A stretch of DNA of 64,000 nucleotides, from NCBI RefSeq assembly GCF_001194135.2, contig NC_068999.1, positions 45,608,255-45,672,254 of the forward strand. Direction: 5' to 3'. The translations under genes were made by a program, and so were the position numbers. Every line of letters begins with the position of its first letter. The first letter of the stretch is position 1. Positions 12,901-26,962 of the stretch are shown piece after piece. The stretch is from Octopus bimaculoides (lineage: Eukaryota). The notes under the pieces were generated by a model. That model made no database searches, was not told the DNA's origin, and saw nothing but the letters and a program-made list of their open reading frames with translations.

Positions 12901-13365
12901 CGTTCCTTCCCAAATCAGTCCAGTCTTAAGACATTCCAGGACAACCAAATTCAAAACAACAACCAATAAAATTCAAACAAAATTCCTTCCAGCTTTGATA
13001 CAAATTTTATTAAATATGAAGAAATTTTATTTTCCAAAGCAGCATTACATTGGTTTTAAAATGTATCTGTGGAGTTTAATGTTCCAACTAGAATTCTTTG
13101 ATTTTCATTGAATTTATTCCTGCAAAAATTCTATTCTAAACTGAACCATTTTTCATTTCAAAATCTAATTCGAAGAATTTCAATCAATGTTGAATGGAAG
13201 CTTTTCTCTTTGAAATTCTGGAAAATTGAATTAATTATAAAACTATTTCATAAAATAACTTATCTTGTTTTTGTTTTGTTTTGTTTTGTTTTGTTTAGTT
13301 TTATTTTTCCTCTTTTTGTATTCTCTTTTGTTTTTTGATTTTTTTTTCTACAAATACATTTTTTC

Positions 13366-13396
<31 letters not shown>

Positions 13397-13844
13397 TAAA
13401 TATATATATATTTATATTTATTTATTATTTATCTCTTTTATATCAGTTATTTTATTGCAATGGCATTCTTATTTATTTGAATAAGAGATTTTAAATATCA
13501 ACAGACCATTTATGATTATTCCTGAAGTAAATTAGGAAATTCCGATAAATACCTCAGAAAGAAATTAGATAATAACCCGAAACAGAAACTATATTGAGAG
13601 TAGAAAAATTTTCTACATGAAAATCAATGCCAAAAGAATGAATGCCACAATTATTATGTTCTTTGACATTTTTTATATAACGCTTCTATTTTATTTACTT
13701 ACATTTTTTTTTTGGTATTTATTATTATTTACATTACTTATCTGTTATTTGTTTTGCTTATCATTAAAGTCCTGTAACTACATTAGCTTCTGGTGTTCTG
13801 TACGGTAGATATATTGGTTTGCGTACTTGTTGGAAGTTATTTCA

Positions 13845-14585
13845 CTCTGTCTGCTTGCCTGCCTGCCTCTATGTCTGTCTACTTGTCTGTTTGTCTGTAT
13901 GTCTGCCTGCCTGTGTGTCTGTCTACCTGTCTGTGTGTCTGTCTACCTGTCTGTCTACCTGTCTGTCTACCTGCCTATCTGCCTGTCTGTGTGTCTGTCT
14001 GCATGTCCATCTGCCTGTCAGTGTGTCTGTCTTCCTGTCTCTACCTGTCCGTGTGTCTGCCTGCCAGTATGTCTGTGTATCTGTCTACCCGTCTCCCTAT
14101 GTGTCTGCCTGTCTTATTTCTTTACTGCCCACAAGGGGCTAAACACAGAGGGGACAAACAAGGACAGACAAAAGGATCAAGTCGATTACATCGACCCCAG
14201 TGCATAATTAGTACTTATTTAATCGACCCCGAAAGGATGAAAGGCAAAGTCGACCTAGGCGGAATTTGAACTCAGAACGTAGCGGCAGACGAAATACCAC
14301 TAAGCATTTTCACCCGGTGTGCTAACGTTTCTGCCAGCTCGCCGCCTGTCTGTGTATCTGTCTGCCTGCCTGTATATCTGTCTGCATGTCTGTCTACCTG
14401 TCTGCCTATGTGTCTGCCTGCCTGTCTTTGTGTCTATCTACCTGTCTGCTTGTCTGTGTGTCGTGTCAGCCTGCCTAGCAGTGTTAGTCTACCTGTCTGT
14501 GTATCTGTCTGCTTGCCTAATTGTCTGTCTATCTGTTTATCCGTCTGCTTGCCTGCCTGTGTGTCTGTCTACCTGTCTGTCTGTC
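13845..14585. repeat. (CTGT)n/(CTGC)n tetranucleotide array interrupted by a SINE
   Basis: The array continues on both sides of the insertion at 14112-14346. Confidence 0.9.
14112..14346 (-). mobile_element. tRNA-derived SINE, head E with alternative tail (..gtgggcagtaaagaaataaga)
   Basis: The reverse complement starts ggcggcgagctggcagaaacgttagc and has the B-box-like gagttcaaattcc. Homologous to 16767, 17085, 24223, 24497, 46331 and 50970. Confidence 0.9.
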
Positions 14586-14709
14586 AGGCCCCATCCTTCT
14601 TAAGCTGTCAGTTGTTCTCGTTGATTATTGAACATAACGAAGGCAGCAGCCATTGTAATATCCATTCATTGATTTCTTATAAAGTCAATAACCGTTTTTC
14701 CAGCAGCGC

Positions 14710-15600
14710 CGACACCACCACCACCACCACCACTACCACCACCATCAATACCACTACCACCACCACTTCAGTACCACCACAAGTATCACCCCTAACGCTA
14801 CCACCAATTCCATTGTCACAGCTACTACCACCACCACTACAACAAGCACTTGCACCAACGAAACGATCGGTACCACCTCTATCAACACCACGACAACCAT
14901 CATCTTCATGACTATCACCTAACACTGTCATCACCATCTGCACCACCACCACCACCACTACTACCACCACCATTCCCAGCACCATCAATACCATCTACAC
15001 TAACACCACTTTAACAATCACTAAGACTGAGATGATTGTTAACACCACTACTGCCACCACCACTGCCACCGCTGCCATATCCACCACTAACACTACCACC
15101 AAAACCATCTCCAACACCACCACCAGCACCACCATCTCTTCTACCACCAGCACTACCATCTCCAACGCCATCTCCACCTCCAACACTACAACCATCTCCA
15201 ACACTACACCACCACCACACCACTACCACCCACTACTATCTCCAACACCATCACCAACACCACCTCCACATCACCATCTCCAACACTACCATCTCCAACA
15301 CCATCACCACCACCACCACCACCACCACATCACCATCTCCAACACCACCATCTCCAACACCATCACCACCACCACCACCACCACNNNNNNNNNNTCACCA
15401 CCACCACCACCACCACCACATCACCATCTCCAACACCACCATCTCCAACACAATCACCATCTCCATCACCAACACTACCTCCAACACCATCACCACCACC
15501 ACCACCATCTCCAACACCACCGCCATCTCCGTCTCCAGCAGTTCCACCACCACCACCAACACCACCCCAACCAATATTAAAAATAACAACAACAATAATA
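14710..15600. repeat. (CAC)n/(CAA)n-derived array with recurring catctccaacac units
   Basis: Direct observation. It explains the Thr/Pro/His ORFs. Confidence 0.92.
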
Positions 15601-16698
15601 TCCCTGAAGCTGGAAATCTCCAGAAGTAGTCAACTGGTTCCAAACAGACATTTTAAACTCAATATCGCTTATAAACAGCAGCCAATAATCTCACCAATGT
15701 TGTGTAAACTACATAATAGAAATACTCTAATTCTTGTGCTTCGGAGGCTGTTTTTGGAAGCAGAGAAATAATATTCGGCTAACTGAATTACACCGGCACA
15801 TGCATATAGACATTTCACACGCACATAAACACGTGTGCATGCATGCATGTGTGCATACATATTTGAACGAACAGCCAGAGAAAAGGATCTGCCGCTTCTG
15901 TAATCTTGTGAATATACTGTAAAACTATGTTAATATCTTGGAGGAAGGAAAGTTCTGCTTTAAGTTTCTAATGGAATTGGATATTATTTTTATGCTATAC
16001 TTCTGTGAATATTATGATAGTCGCTAGAATTGGTATGTTAGTAGGTGTCTATATTTTGTAGGAATCAGATTGAGAGTTTAACCAAAAACACACACACAAA
16101 AACAGAAAAGAAAAAAAACGGTAGCAGAAAAGTATGTTTTTGTGTGCCATGAAGTAATGCAGAAACTAAACATTAGGCAGTGTTTATTTGTTTGTTTGTT
16201 TCTTTCTTTCTTTGTCTTCTTTGTTGTTGTTGTTTTTTTTTTCTCTCTTTTTCTCACTCGAAAGAAGGAAATTTCCTTCGTCTCATGGTATACCGAACAC
16301 GGAGCATTACCTTTATTTCAACCGTGATTCTAATAACTCCCTAGTTGTTTTACGCATCAGCAGAAATATAGACGCGATCATGCAAGCCCATTGAGTCTTA
16401 AAAACTATGGCTTAATCTCGTAACCACATCTCGCTCACCTCTAATCCGCAGCCAAGCGCTGGAGTGTAATAAACACTAAAGCTTCTTGCGTTCAGGTTCG
16501 GTCTTCTCACTTGCGTCAGACACAATGTCATCGAAAGCTAATAAGAAATGGGAGGGTCACTGCACTTCAGAACGAATTAATGTTGTTGCTATTGTGGTAA
16601 AGCTTCCAGGTCAGTGTCAAAAACGTTCTTGCCATGGCCTTCACATCTTATTTTCAGCCATGGTATCTCTAAGACTGCTTTATCAAAATTTTATCATC

Positions 16699-16745
<47 letters not shown>

Positions 16746-16766
16746 CATTATTATTATTATTATTAA

Positions 16767-16995
16767 GCTGGTGAGCTGGCAGAATCGTTAGCACGCCAGA
16801 CGAAATGCTTAGTGGTATTTCACCCGTCGCTACGTTCTGAGTTCAAATTCAGCTCCATTCTGAGTTCAAATTTACCTTTCATCTTTCCGGGGCTGATAAA
16901 TTAAGTACCTGTTGAGTACCAGGGTCGATCTGATCAACTATCCCCCTGCCCCAAAATTTCAGGCCTTGTGTCTATAATAGAAACCATTATTATTA

Positions 16996-17056
<61 letters not shown>

Positions 17057-17262
17057 CATCATCATTATTATTATTATCGTTAAAGCAGCGAGCTGGACGA
17101 ATCGTTAGCACGCCAGGTAAAATGCTTGGCGATATTTCGTGTGTCTCTACGTTCTGAGTTCGAATTCTGCCGAGGCTGACTTTGCGTTTCATCCTTTCAT
17201 GGTCGATGAAATAAGTACCAGTTACACACTGAGGTCAATGTAATCGACTAGTCTCCTCAAAT
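16767..17262 (+). mobile_element. Two head-E SINEs in tandem separated by (ATT)n
   Basis: Copy 1 is 16767-16990 and copy 2 is 17085-17262. Both are preceded by (att)n-aa. Confidence 0.88.
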
Positions 17263-17679
17263 CTCAAGAATGCTTCTTTTTCTGCCTTTTTATGTGTGTT
17301 TACACGCATATATGAACAATGGGATTCCACGCAGTTTCCATCTGTCAAAACTCACTCACAAGGCACTGTTCTGCCCTGCCTTGGGCTGTAGTAGAAGGAC
17401 ACTTGCTCAAGATGTGGTGCCCTGGGACTGAACCGAAAAACCATACGGCTGCTGTCGCAAAGCAATCTTCTTAACCAAGTCTGCGACTGTGTTGACTTCA
17501 GTTCTTGGAGTCTTTGAAATAAAATAAAATAAAATAAAATAAAATAAAATAAAGCAGAAAGACAAAGCTAGATTTATAAACATGGAAGAGCAGAAGAAAG
17601 ATTGACTTTTGGAAGGGAAAAAAGTAAGAAAGCATAAAGGCAAGTTGACCTACAGAATAAAAATGTTACAAACTGTAAA

Positions 17680-17742
<63 letters not shown>

Positions 17743-18459
17743 GTAACATCTGCATTTTGTTTTTTTTCCAACCAGAGTAATGATATATAAAATGTACCAC
17801 CATATTTAAAGTGTGCAGGAGGTGTGGTTGGAAAGAGAGAGAAGGTTGGCTGTCTAATACATATATATTAGAGGAAAATATCTCTTATATAATATGATGG
17901 AGTGGATTCTTGGGAAATGGTTGGGGTTTTTTTTTTTNNNNNNNNNNNNNNNNNNNNNNNNNNNNNNNNNNNNNNNNNNNNNNNNNNNNNNNNNNNNNNN
18001 NNNNNNNNNNNNNNNNNNNNNNNNNNNNNNNNNNNNNNNNNNNNNNNNNNNNNNNNNNNNNNNNNNNNNNNNNNNNNNNNNNNNNNNNNNNNNNNNNNNN
18101 NNNNNNNNNNNNNNNNNNNNNNNNNNNNNNNNNNNNNNNNNNNNNNNNNNNNNNNNNNNNNNNNNNNNNNNNNNNNNNNNNNNNNNNNNNNNNNNNNNNN
18201 NNNNNNNNNNNNNNNNNNNNNNNNNNNNNNNNNNNNNNNNNNNNNNNNNNNNNNNNNNNNNNNNNNNNNNNNNNNNNNNNNNNNNNNNNNNNNNNNNNNN
18301 NNNNNNNNNNNNNNNNNNNNNNNNNNNNNNNNNNNNNNNNNNNNNNNNNNNNNNNNNNNNNNNNNNNNNNNNNTATATATATATATATATATATATACCC
18401 AGATGGAACATGACATTAAATGATTGTGTGTGTGTGTATATAGGCATATGCATTATGCA

Positions 18460-18514
<55 letters not shown>

Positions 18515-19104
18515 ATTTCTCTCTTCTCTCTCTTTCAACCTCCTTTCTTTCTTTCTTGCCTATCTACCTTTTCACAGACTCTCTCTCTCACACACATACA
18601 CACACGCACACACACACATTCACATAAACGCATGCATGTACTCAAACACACACACACGCACGCACACATGCATAGAGAGAGAGAGATAATCTCCAAACGA
18701 CATATATTTACTGATCATCCATCAATTTTCGTCTTCATCTGACCCAAACATGCTGCTTGTGTTTGCTTCTCCTTTTTATTTTGTCTTTCAAACAACTCTA
18801 CCCCCTACCCCTACCCCTACACATATGAAATAATCACTTGCCATCACCTTATAAACTCTCTCCTCTGACTGCTCCCCTTCGTTAATTCTATTTCATAATG
18901 GGAAACTCATTATAACTATAATAAAAATCAATTGAGGAACCAATTTATGCATTAAATCTGATAAATGGACAACTAATTAGATTTGTTTCTGGAGAATTCT
19001 TTTTCTAAAAAACCACATCTTATTTGAACACATAATATCCCTCCTCCTCCTCCTCCACCATATTTTGTCCATGGCTGTTAATAAAAATTGAAATTCTTTA
19101 TACA

Positions 19105-19304
19105 CTTTTGCTAGTTTTGGTCATTTGACTGCGGCCGTGCTGGAGCACTGCTTTTAGTCAAAACAAATCGACCTCAGGACTTATTCTTTGTAAGCCTGGT
19201 ACTTATTCTATCGGTCCCTTTTCCTGAACTGCTAAGTTACAGGGATGTAAACACACCAGCATCGGTTGTCAAGCGATGTTGGGGGGACAAACACAGACAC
19301 ACAA

Positions 19305-19394
<90 letters not shown>

Positions 19395-19712
19395 GATGGG
19401 CTTCTCTCAGTTTCCGTCTACCAAATCCACTCACAAGGCTTTAGTTGGCTCGAGGCTATAGTAGAAGAGGCTTGCCCAAGGTGCCACGCAGTGGAACTGA
19501 ACCCAGAACCGTGTGGATGGTAAGCAAGCTACATACCATACAGCCACTCCTGCACCTATGATAGGCTTCTTTCAGTTTCTGTCTACCAAATCCACTCACA
19601 AGGCTTTGGTTGACCCGATGCTATAGTAGTAGAGACTTGCCCAAGGTGCCACGCAGTGGGACTGAACCCAGAACCATGTGGTTGGGAAGCAAGCTTCTTA
19701 CTACACAGCCAT
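19105..19712 (-). mobile_element. tRNA-derived SINE family D (full copy 19105-19557 with internal (TA/TG)n, plus a second head 19561-19712)
   Basis: Reverse complement of the full copy at 26559-26962. A-box-like tggctgtatgg and B-box-like gggttcagttcc. Confidence 0.92.
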
Positions 19713-19877
19713 GTGTGTCTAAAAATGGTCTCATCCATGACCATCTCTTCGGTTTTTATTTTCTGGATTTCATATATCATGGGCTTTCCTGTCAACTTCA
19801 TAATCGTAAGTTGGACACCCTAACCTCAAAGCCATGCCATTTTACGTTACTATATACATATTGTTATTTAAACATGT

Positions 19878-20180
19878 GAAGGCACATGGCTCAGTGGTTA
19901 GAGCATCAGGCTCACAGTGAGTTCGATTCCTGGACTGGACTGTGTGTCGTATTCTTGAGCAAGACACTTTATTTCATGCTCAGTCCACTCAGTTGTAGAA
20001 ATGAGTTGTGATGTCACTGGGGCCAAGCTGTATTGGCCCCTTTACCTTTCTCTAGGACAATATTGGTGGCATGGAGAGGGGAGGCTGGTTTGGACGACTG
20101 CTGGTCTTCCATAAACAACCTTGCCTGGACTTGTGCTTCGGAGGGGTAACTTTCTAGGTGCAATCCCATGGTCATTCATC
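19878..20180 (+). mobile_element. SINE, head A + tail C
   Basis: Head and core as in 6596. The 3' half instead matches the reverse complement of 39395-39690. Confidence 0.82.
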
Positions 20181-21410
20181 ATGTCTAAATACCTTATTTA
20201 GACATTGTGTATCTTGGAATATTTATTATTCAATGTGTCTGTCCTTCAAAGACAATGTACATCTAGGATTATGAGTGCCCTTCCTTCCTCTTTGAAAGAC
20301 AACATAGGGTTTGATTTAAGCACTATTTCTAGCAGGCTGAAATGCTCTGTACAGGCTCCATTGGCTCATTGTAAAGTTTTGTTAATTAAACTGTGGCTGT
20401 GAAAACGCGTGGAATTAGAATTGATGGAGAGCAGGTGAGAGAGATAAAACAAACAAAAAAAATACAACCAAAGCTCATTATTTGTTCCTACATCATTAAG
20501 GTAGAAACAGAGGAATTAATTTTCCTAGTGGTTAACGAAGTACACTTGTGGAACAGTTTTAGAAGTGGTGAAGAACTCTCATTGAAACAAAACATGAATT
20601 CCAGTTTCAATGGGTTTCCTTTGTCAAATTATTGTTTAGAACACAAAAAAAAAAAAAAAAATTTAAGGGAAAAAAGGTGGCTTTTTTGATGGGGGAGGGG
20701 AGAGGTGATGTTTTCGTTTTGTGCTTGCATTGTTTTTTGTTTATTTTTGCTTTATGGTTTTTCTTCTTTTTTTTTAATAATTGTTGCAAAAATCTATCTC
20801 TGCTGCACTTGTTCCATGAAAAATTATAAAGTATTGAAAACACTGTTCTCTCTCTCTCCCTCTCTCTCTCTCTCTCTNNNNNNNNNNNNNNNNNNNNNNN
20901 NNNNNNNNNNNNNNNNNNNNNNNNNNNNNNNNNNNNNNNNNNNNNNNNNNNNNNNNNNNNNNNNNNNNNNNNNNNNNNNNNNNNNNNNNNNNNNNNNNNN
21001 NNNNNNNNNNNNNNNNNNNNNNNNNNNNNNNNNNNNNNNNNNNNNNNNNNNNNNNNNNNNNNNNNNNNNNNNNNNNNNNNNNNNNNNNNNNNNNNNNNNN
21101 NNNNNNNNNNNNNNNNNNNNNNNNNNNNNNNNNNNNNNNNNNNNNNNNNNNNNNNNNNNNNNNNNNNNNNNNNNNNNNNNNNNNNNNNNNNNNNNNNNNN
21201 NNNNNNNNNNNNNNNNNNNNNNNNNNNNNNNNNNNNNNNNNNNNNNNNNNNNNNNNNNNNNNNNNNNNNNNNNNNNNNNNNNNNNNNNNNNNNNNNNNNN
21301 NNNNNNNNNNNNNNNNNNNNNNNNNNNNNNNNNNNNNNNNNNGTGGTGGTGGTGGTGGTGGTGGTGGTGGTGATATTGATGATGGTGATTGCCTTGTATT
21401 AATGACGGAC

Positions 21411-21712
21411 AGGCACATGGCTCAGTGGTTAGGGGCATTTGGCTCAAGACCATAAGGTCGTGAGTTCAATTCCCAGCACCGCATTGTACGTCCTTGAGCA
21501 AGACACTCTATTTCACATTGCTCCTCCAGTCCACTCAAAGCTAGCAAAAATAAGTAGTACCTGTAATTACAAAAGGGCCAGACTTGTCACATTCTGTGTC
21601 ACACTGAATCTCCCCAAGAACTATCTTAAGGGTATGTGTGTTTGTGGGGTACTCAGCCACGTTCACATTAATTTAACGAGCAGGTTGCTCTGTTGACTGG
21701 ATCAACTGGAAC
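21411..21712 (+). mobile_element. SINE, head A + tail A
   Basis: Colinear with 6596-6915. Confidence 0.88.
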
Positions 21713-22197
21713 CGGTGGAGTATCAGGTTTTTTTTTTTTATAATGATGGACAATGAAGTTGATGTTGATGATGATGACTCATTCATCCGATGGTGAGGGT
21801 GAGAAGAGCAGTGAGGGTGGTAAGGATGGTGGTTTAGGTGATGGTGTATGTGTATGTGTGTGATTTTAGGTACGTTTGGATGTTGTTTCTAGCAGGTCAG
21901 GCTTTTCTCATTGGCTTGTCGTTATTGGTGGTGGTGTTGATAGCAAAAAGTGAAAATGATGATCATAGTGGTGGTGGTGATGGTGGTGGTGGTGGTGGTG
22001 GTGGTATTGGTGGTGGTGGTGTTGGTGGTGGTGGTAGCAGTGGTAGCTTTTACTGTTTGTTATTCTAACTGCAATGCCTGTTGACTGAATAATCAAATAA
22101 AAAACTTNNNNNNNNNNNNNNNNNNNNNNNNNNNNNNNNNNNNNNNNNNNNNNNNNNNNNNNNNNNNNNNNNNNNNNNNNNNCTACATAGTAAAGAC

Positions 22198-22236
<39 letters not shown>

Positions 22237-22839
22237 GATGTGCAAATATTTTTGTGTTGACTTCTAAACAAGAAATCATTCGACTAACCAAAACAAAATC
22301 AAAACAAAAAATACAATAAAGAAAGACAAGACAAGTTGTTGGAATTGTTTTGTTTGTTTATTTCTTTGTTTGTCTTTTGTTATTTTTGTTTTGTGGGTTT
22401 TTGAAAAATTTTTGATTTTTGTTTTTTGCACCGTGTAACATGAAGTCCACAGACATGATCGGTGAAGTTTATTGGAAAGTAAAACTTTTGTTCTTAAAAT
22501 AGAGAAACGGCAGCAAAATAATGGAATAACAAACAAAAATGAAATAAAATGAAATAAAATAAAACAATGTTGGATAACAATAACAAAACAAAGAAATAAA
22601 ATAAATATGACAAAACTGGATACCCAATCAACCAAATAACGAATAGTATAAATAAAACAAAGGCAAAATAAAAGCAAATAACAATTGACGTGAAAAAAAT
22701 CTTTAATATTTGGTGAGATCTGTCAAAAGAGTCAGGGAAGTTAAGCATATTTTTCGACGTATTGCTTAGTAAATAAATTGTTTGTGTTTGTTTATGTCTG
22801 TGTTTTGTGTTGTGTTGGGTTGTGTTTGTCATCGTTATC

Positions 22840-22919
22840 GTCGTTGCCGTCGTCTTTATCACCAGTAATCAACCACTGATTCCGACCACCGTTGCCGTCC
22901 GCCACCTCTGTTGCTGCTG

Positions 22920-23011
<92 letters not shown>

Positions 23012-23310
23012 GTCGTCGTCACCACCGCTGCCACTGCCACAAGAATCATTGCGTCCATCGCCACTGCTTGTCATCATCACCATCATCATCATTGTCATCT
23101 TCTTCATCATCGTCACCATCGTCATCATCATCATCACCACCATCATCATCATCATCATTATCGTCACTATCTTCACCAGTGTCATCACCACCACTATCAT
23201 CATCATCATTGTCATCATCATCATCACCATCATCATCACTGCTGCCATTGCCACCATGACCTCTGTCATCGTCGTCATCACTGCCGGCACCACCACCACC
23301 ATCATCATCA
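22840..23310. repeat. (CAT)n trinucleotide array
   Basis: Direct observation, including a pure run of about 30 units. Confidence 0.95.
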
Positions 23311-23615
23311 TCGTATTAATGTCCACTTTTCCATGCTTGCATAAGTCAGATGGAATTTTCTTGAATCAGAATTCCTTTGGCTGAATGCCTTTCCTGTCAC
23401 CAACATTCGCCTGTTTCCAAGCAAGGTAAATATTCCCCCGTGGCCAGACAAGTTTTCCACTGAAGACTAGAAAGGTACAACATTGCTGGTATGAAGGTGA
23501 GACTCACAACCATCGCTTGATGTCGAGTCAAGGGTACACCCTAACACATCCGCATACACACACACACACACACACACACATGCATGAGAGGCTTCTTTCA
23601 GTTTCTATCTGCCAA
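23305..23615 (-). mobile_element. SINE with D-type head remnant and F-type (GAT)n tail
   Basis: The reverse complement reads gatagaaactgaaagaagcc + (TG)n, then gttggtgacaggaaaggcattcagc..gcatggaaaagtggacattaatacgatgat. A similar copy lies at 46600-47030. Confidence 0.7.
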
Positions 23616-23661
23616 ATGACTAACTGACCCTTTTTTTTTTTTGACACAGTATAGTATAGAG

Positions 23662-23967
23662 CAGTGGTTCCGAAAGTGGGTGGTATTGCCCCTCTGGGAG
23701 CAGTGGAAAGTTCCAAAGGGGCATTGAAGAAAAGTAGAGTTATAATGGGGTAGCGATTCATGTAAAAACTGGGGTGAAAATGGGGTGGCGTTTTATGTAA
23801 AAACAACAAAATAATGGATTCATTAAGTTTTATTTGTGAAACACAGTTGCTTTGAATTTGCTTCAGAAAGAGGTCTATGTTTGCGATGATTAGTTGGGGT
23901 GGGGGCTCTAGGAATCTGGCTTGGGTGCCAAGGGGGCTGCTGCCCGAAAAGGTTTTCTGAACCACTG
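23662..23967. mobile_element. Non-autonomous hAT (Charlie-type) element, 306 bp
   Basis: Termini cagtggttccgaaa ... ttttctgaaccactg, with a perfect 8-bp target-site duplication GTATAGAG at 23654-23661 and 23968-23975. Confidence 0.9.
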
Positions 23968-24222
23968 GTATAGAGTATTACCCCCAAAATAAACAACAGT
24001 GAATATAATAGCATATTTGTGCATTTTAAGGCAGCTTCTGTGTCTCTTGTTTGGTGTAGATTTTTTTTTCAATTCCAGACACAAATCTGAGACCAGTTCA
24101 CATCATGGAGTCTAATAAATGGCAATCTCTGCTTTAGCTGCTTTTAAATGCTCACAAAACATGTGCTAGCAATAATAATGATTTACATGTGGGAAATTTA
24201 TTTCACTACTAAATTTTTATTA

Positions 24223-24458
24223 GCAGCAACAAGCTGACGAGAGTCGTTGCCACACTAGATAAAATGCTTGACAGTACTTCATCTGTCCTTACATTCTGAG
24301 TTCAAATTCTGCCAAGGCCGACTTTGCCTTTCATCCTTTCAGGGTCGATAAAAATAAGAACTAATTCAGCTCTGGGGTTGATGTAATCAACTTAACTCTT
24401 CTCCCGAAATTGCTGGCCTGGTGCCAAAATTTGAAATCAGTGTTATTATTATTATTAT

Positions 24459-24491
<33 letters not shown>

Positions 24492-24710
24492 TATAAGGTG
24501 GCAAGGTAGTAGAATCGTTAGCGCGTTGGACAAAGTACTTAGTGGTATTTTGCGCATCGCTACGTTCTGAGTTCAAATTCCACCGAGGTCAACTTTGCCT
24601 TTCATCGTTTCGGGGTCAATGAAAATAGGTACCAATTTGAGCACAGGGGCCAATACACCTGACTAGTCCCCTCCCCCATATTTCAGGCCTTGTGCCTTTA
24701 GTAGAAAGGA

Positions 24711-24741
<31 letters not shown>

Positions 24742-24745
24742 TATG
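24223..24745 (+). mobile_element. Two head-E SINEs in tandem with (ATT)n tails
   Basis: Copy 1 is 24223-24440 (tail ..gtgccaaaatttgaaatc) and copy 2 is 24497-24711 (tail ..gtagaaaggattatt). Confidence 0.88.
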
Positions 24746-26558
24746 AAAGTGCATATACCATCAAAGTGACACTTGGGTACAAACATACGAAGCCCAATAT
24801 TATTATTATTATTATTATTATTATTACATGAACATATCTATGATTATAATTTAAACCTATGTTCGATTAATGCATCGCTTGAGCATTTCTAATTATTTAT
24901 TCACACTTTGTGTTAAAATTCCTGATAACTGTTGAGGGGGAAAAAAATAAAAACTGCTGATATCTCAGAGAGAGTTTTTCTTGGACACATTTCTGAAAAT
25001 GCTGCTTCCGAAAATAGATTGAAGTATTAAGAGCTCTTAAGAACATTTCGTAAGCTACAATAAGTACTAATTCAGAGAAAAATCAATAACAACTTCATCT
25101 GATTATGTCTCTCTGCTACCAGAAACATTCTGATTCTTCATCTCTTTTATTTGATTTTTCTGAAGGCCTTAATTTTAACTACTTCACCATCATCGCTAAG
25201 CTTCTAATCAACCTCACTTTATTTCTACTATTTATTTTATTTATATGTTATCATCATCATCATTGTCATTGATGACATTATCAATACTAACATCTACATT
25301 AACATCTTCATCAATAACATTCCACTCGGTAATATTGAATTATTCCTCTTCTACATCCTGTCTTTCACTGACACATCGCTTACCTTACTCGACACATCGC
25401 TTACCTTACTCGACACATTTCAACACATTTCTTCATACATATGTGTGTATTATTTAATTCTTCTATGCATTTCAACACTTCACTATGCATTAGTATACAT
25501 TATTTACTGTTCTACACATTGCGACATATATCTCCATATATACATTTATATACATAAATAATCTCTATTGTTTTACCAGGTTTATGCGATATTTCTCAAT
25601 CGTGTTTCTTTATACATTATCCCTCAGACCTTCCAATCTGGAAAGGCCTGCTACTCATTCCCTCAGCCTACGGTGCTATGACTACTTCATACACCATCAC
25701 AGATTCCTTATGTCCTTCTGAGTCTGTAGAAACTCAGGGGGAAGTCTTCAGAAGTAGACTAGTAAATCCATCATCACCAATTCAGTGCTGCCTCCAGCAA
25801 CCTCAATAAAATGAATCACACTTGATCAACTCCCTCCAAACATACACCTATCACTGAGCTTCACATTTCTGTCAGCAAAGCCCTATATATGGCCTTCATT
25901 TCTTCCTGAATTTCAATTATATTTCCTACAGCTATTTCCTTTAAATACCACCCTAATTCTAACTTTATATTTCTCTTTGGATACAACCACAACATATTCA
26001 TTATTACGGCCAGCATTAGACTTTGTCCAACAAAAGCTTTGTAATATCTGATGTAGCTGTCATGCCAAACCTGGAATGTGATACAGTAATAAGTATATTA
26101 ATTGCTGGTAGAAACACCATATTTCGTTTTGCAGCCATAATTTACGGCCAAATATATTAAAGATTTATTAGTCAATACTGTGAAAAATAGAACGTAGTAT
26201 TAACTTATAAACTTTTCATGTCCTTGGTAGTATATTATTGTTGCAAAATGAAACATGGTGTCCCTACCAGCAATTAATATGTAATTCCCAGTTGCCAGGA
26301 ATTATTTAATACATAAATTGGTTTATGCAATAACATGACACCGCTAAACTTAGTAGCTATTTAAGCAATGTGTCCATGGATGGTTAAAGGGTTCGATGTG
26401 ATACTGAAGAAAGAACAAGAAATTCTGAAATATGCATATACACCAACCATTACCTATTTTTCTTTCTTCGATCGCATTGTTTACATAAATGCATTCATAT
26501 ACAAAATATTGTGATTTTTAATGCTGGCTCTAAATTCTGTAGAAAATGTGTAGAGATA

Positions 26559-26962
26559 GGCGCAGAAGTGGCTGTGTGGTAAGTAGCTTGCTTACCAACC
26601 ACATGGTTCCGGGTTCAGTCCCACTGCATGGCACCTTGGGCAAGTGTCTTCTACTATAGCCTTGGGCCGACCAAAGCTTTGTGAGTGGATTTGGTAGACG
26701 GAAACTGAAAAGAAGCCCGTCATATATGTATATATATATGTATGTATGTGTGTTTGTGTGTCTGTGTTTGTCCCCCCACCATCGCTTGACAACCGATGCC
26801 GGTGTGTTTACGTTCCCATAACTTAGCGGTTCGGCAAAAAGAGACCGATAGAATAAGTATTAGGCTTACAAAAGAATAAGTCCCGGGGTCGATTTGCTCG
26901 ACTAAAGGCGGTGCTCCAGCATGGCCGCAGTCAAATGACTGAAACAAGTAAAAGAGTAAAGA
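26559..26962 (+). mobile_element. tRNA-derived SINE family D, full length, young-looking
   Basis: ggcgcagaagtggctgtgtggtaag..gggttcagtccc head, internal (TA/TG)n, tail ..gaaacaagtaaaagagtaaaga. CpGs are retained. Confidence 0.92.

Noticed and set aside
20393-20452. TVAVKT kinase-like motif ending at a CAG|GTGAGA donor
   Set aside because: There is an in-frame stop immediately upstream, no acceptor giving an open exon, and no other kinase motifs.
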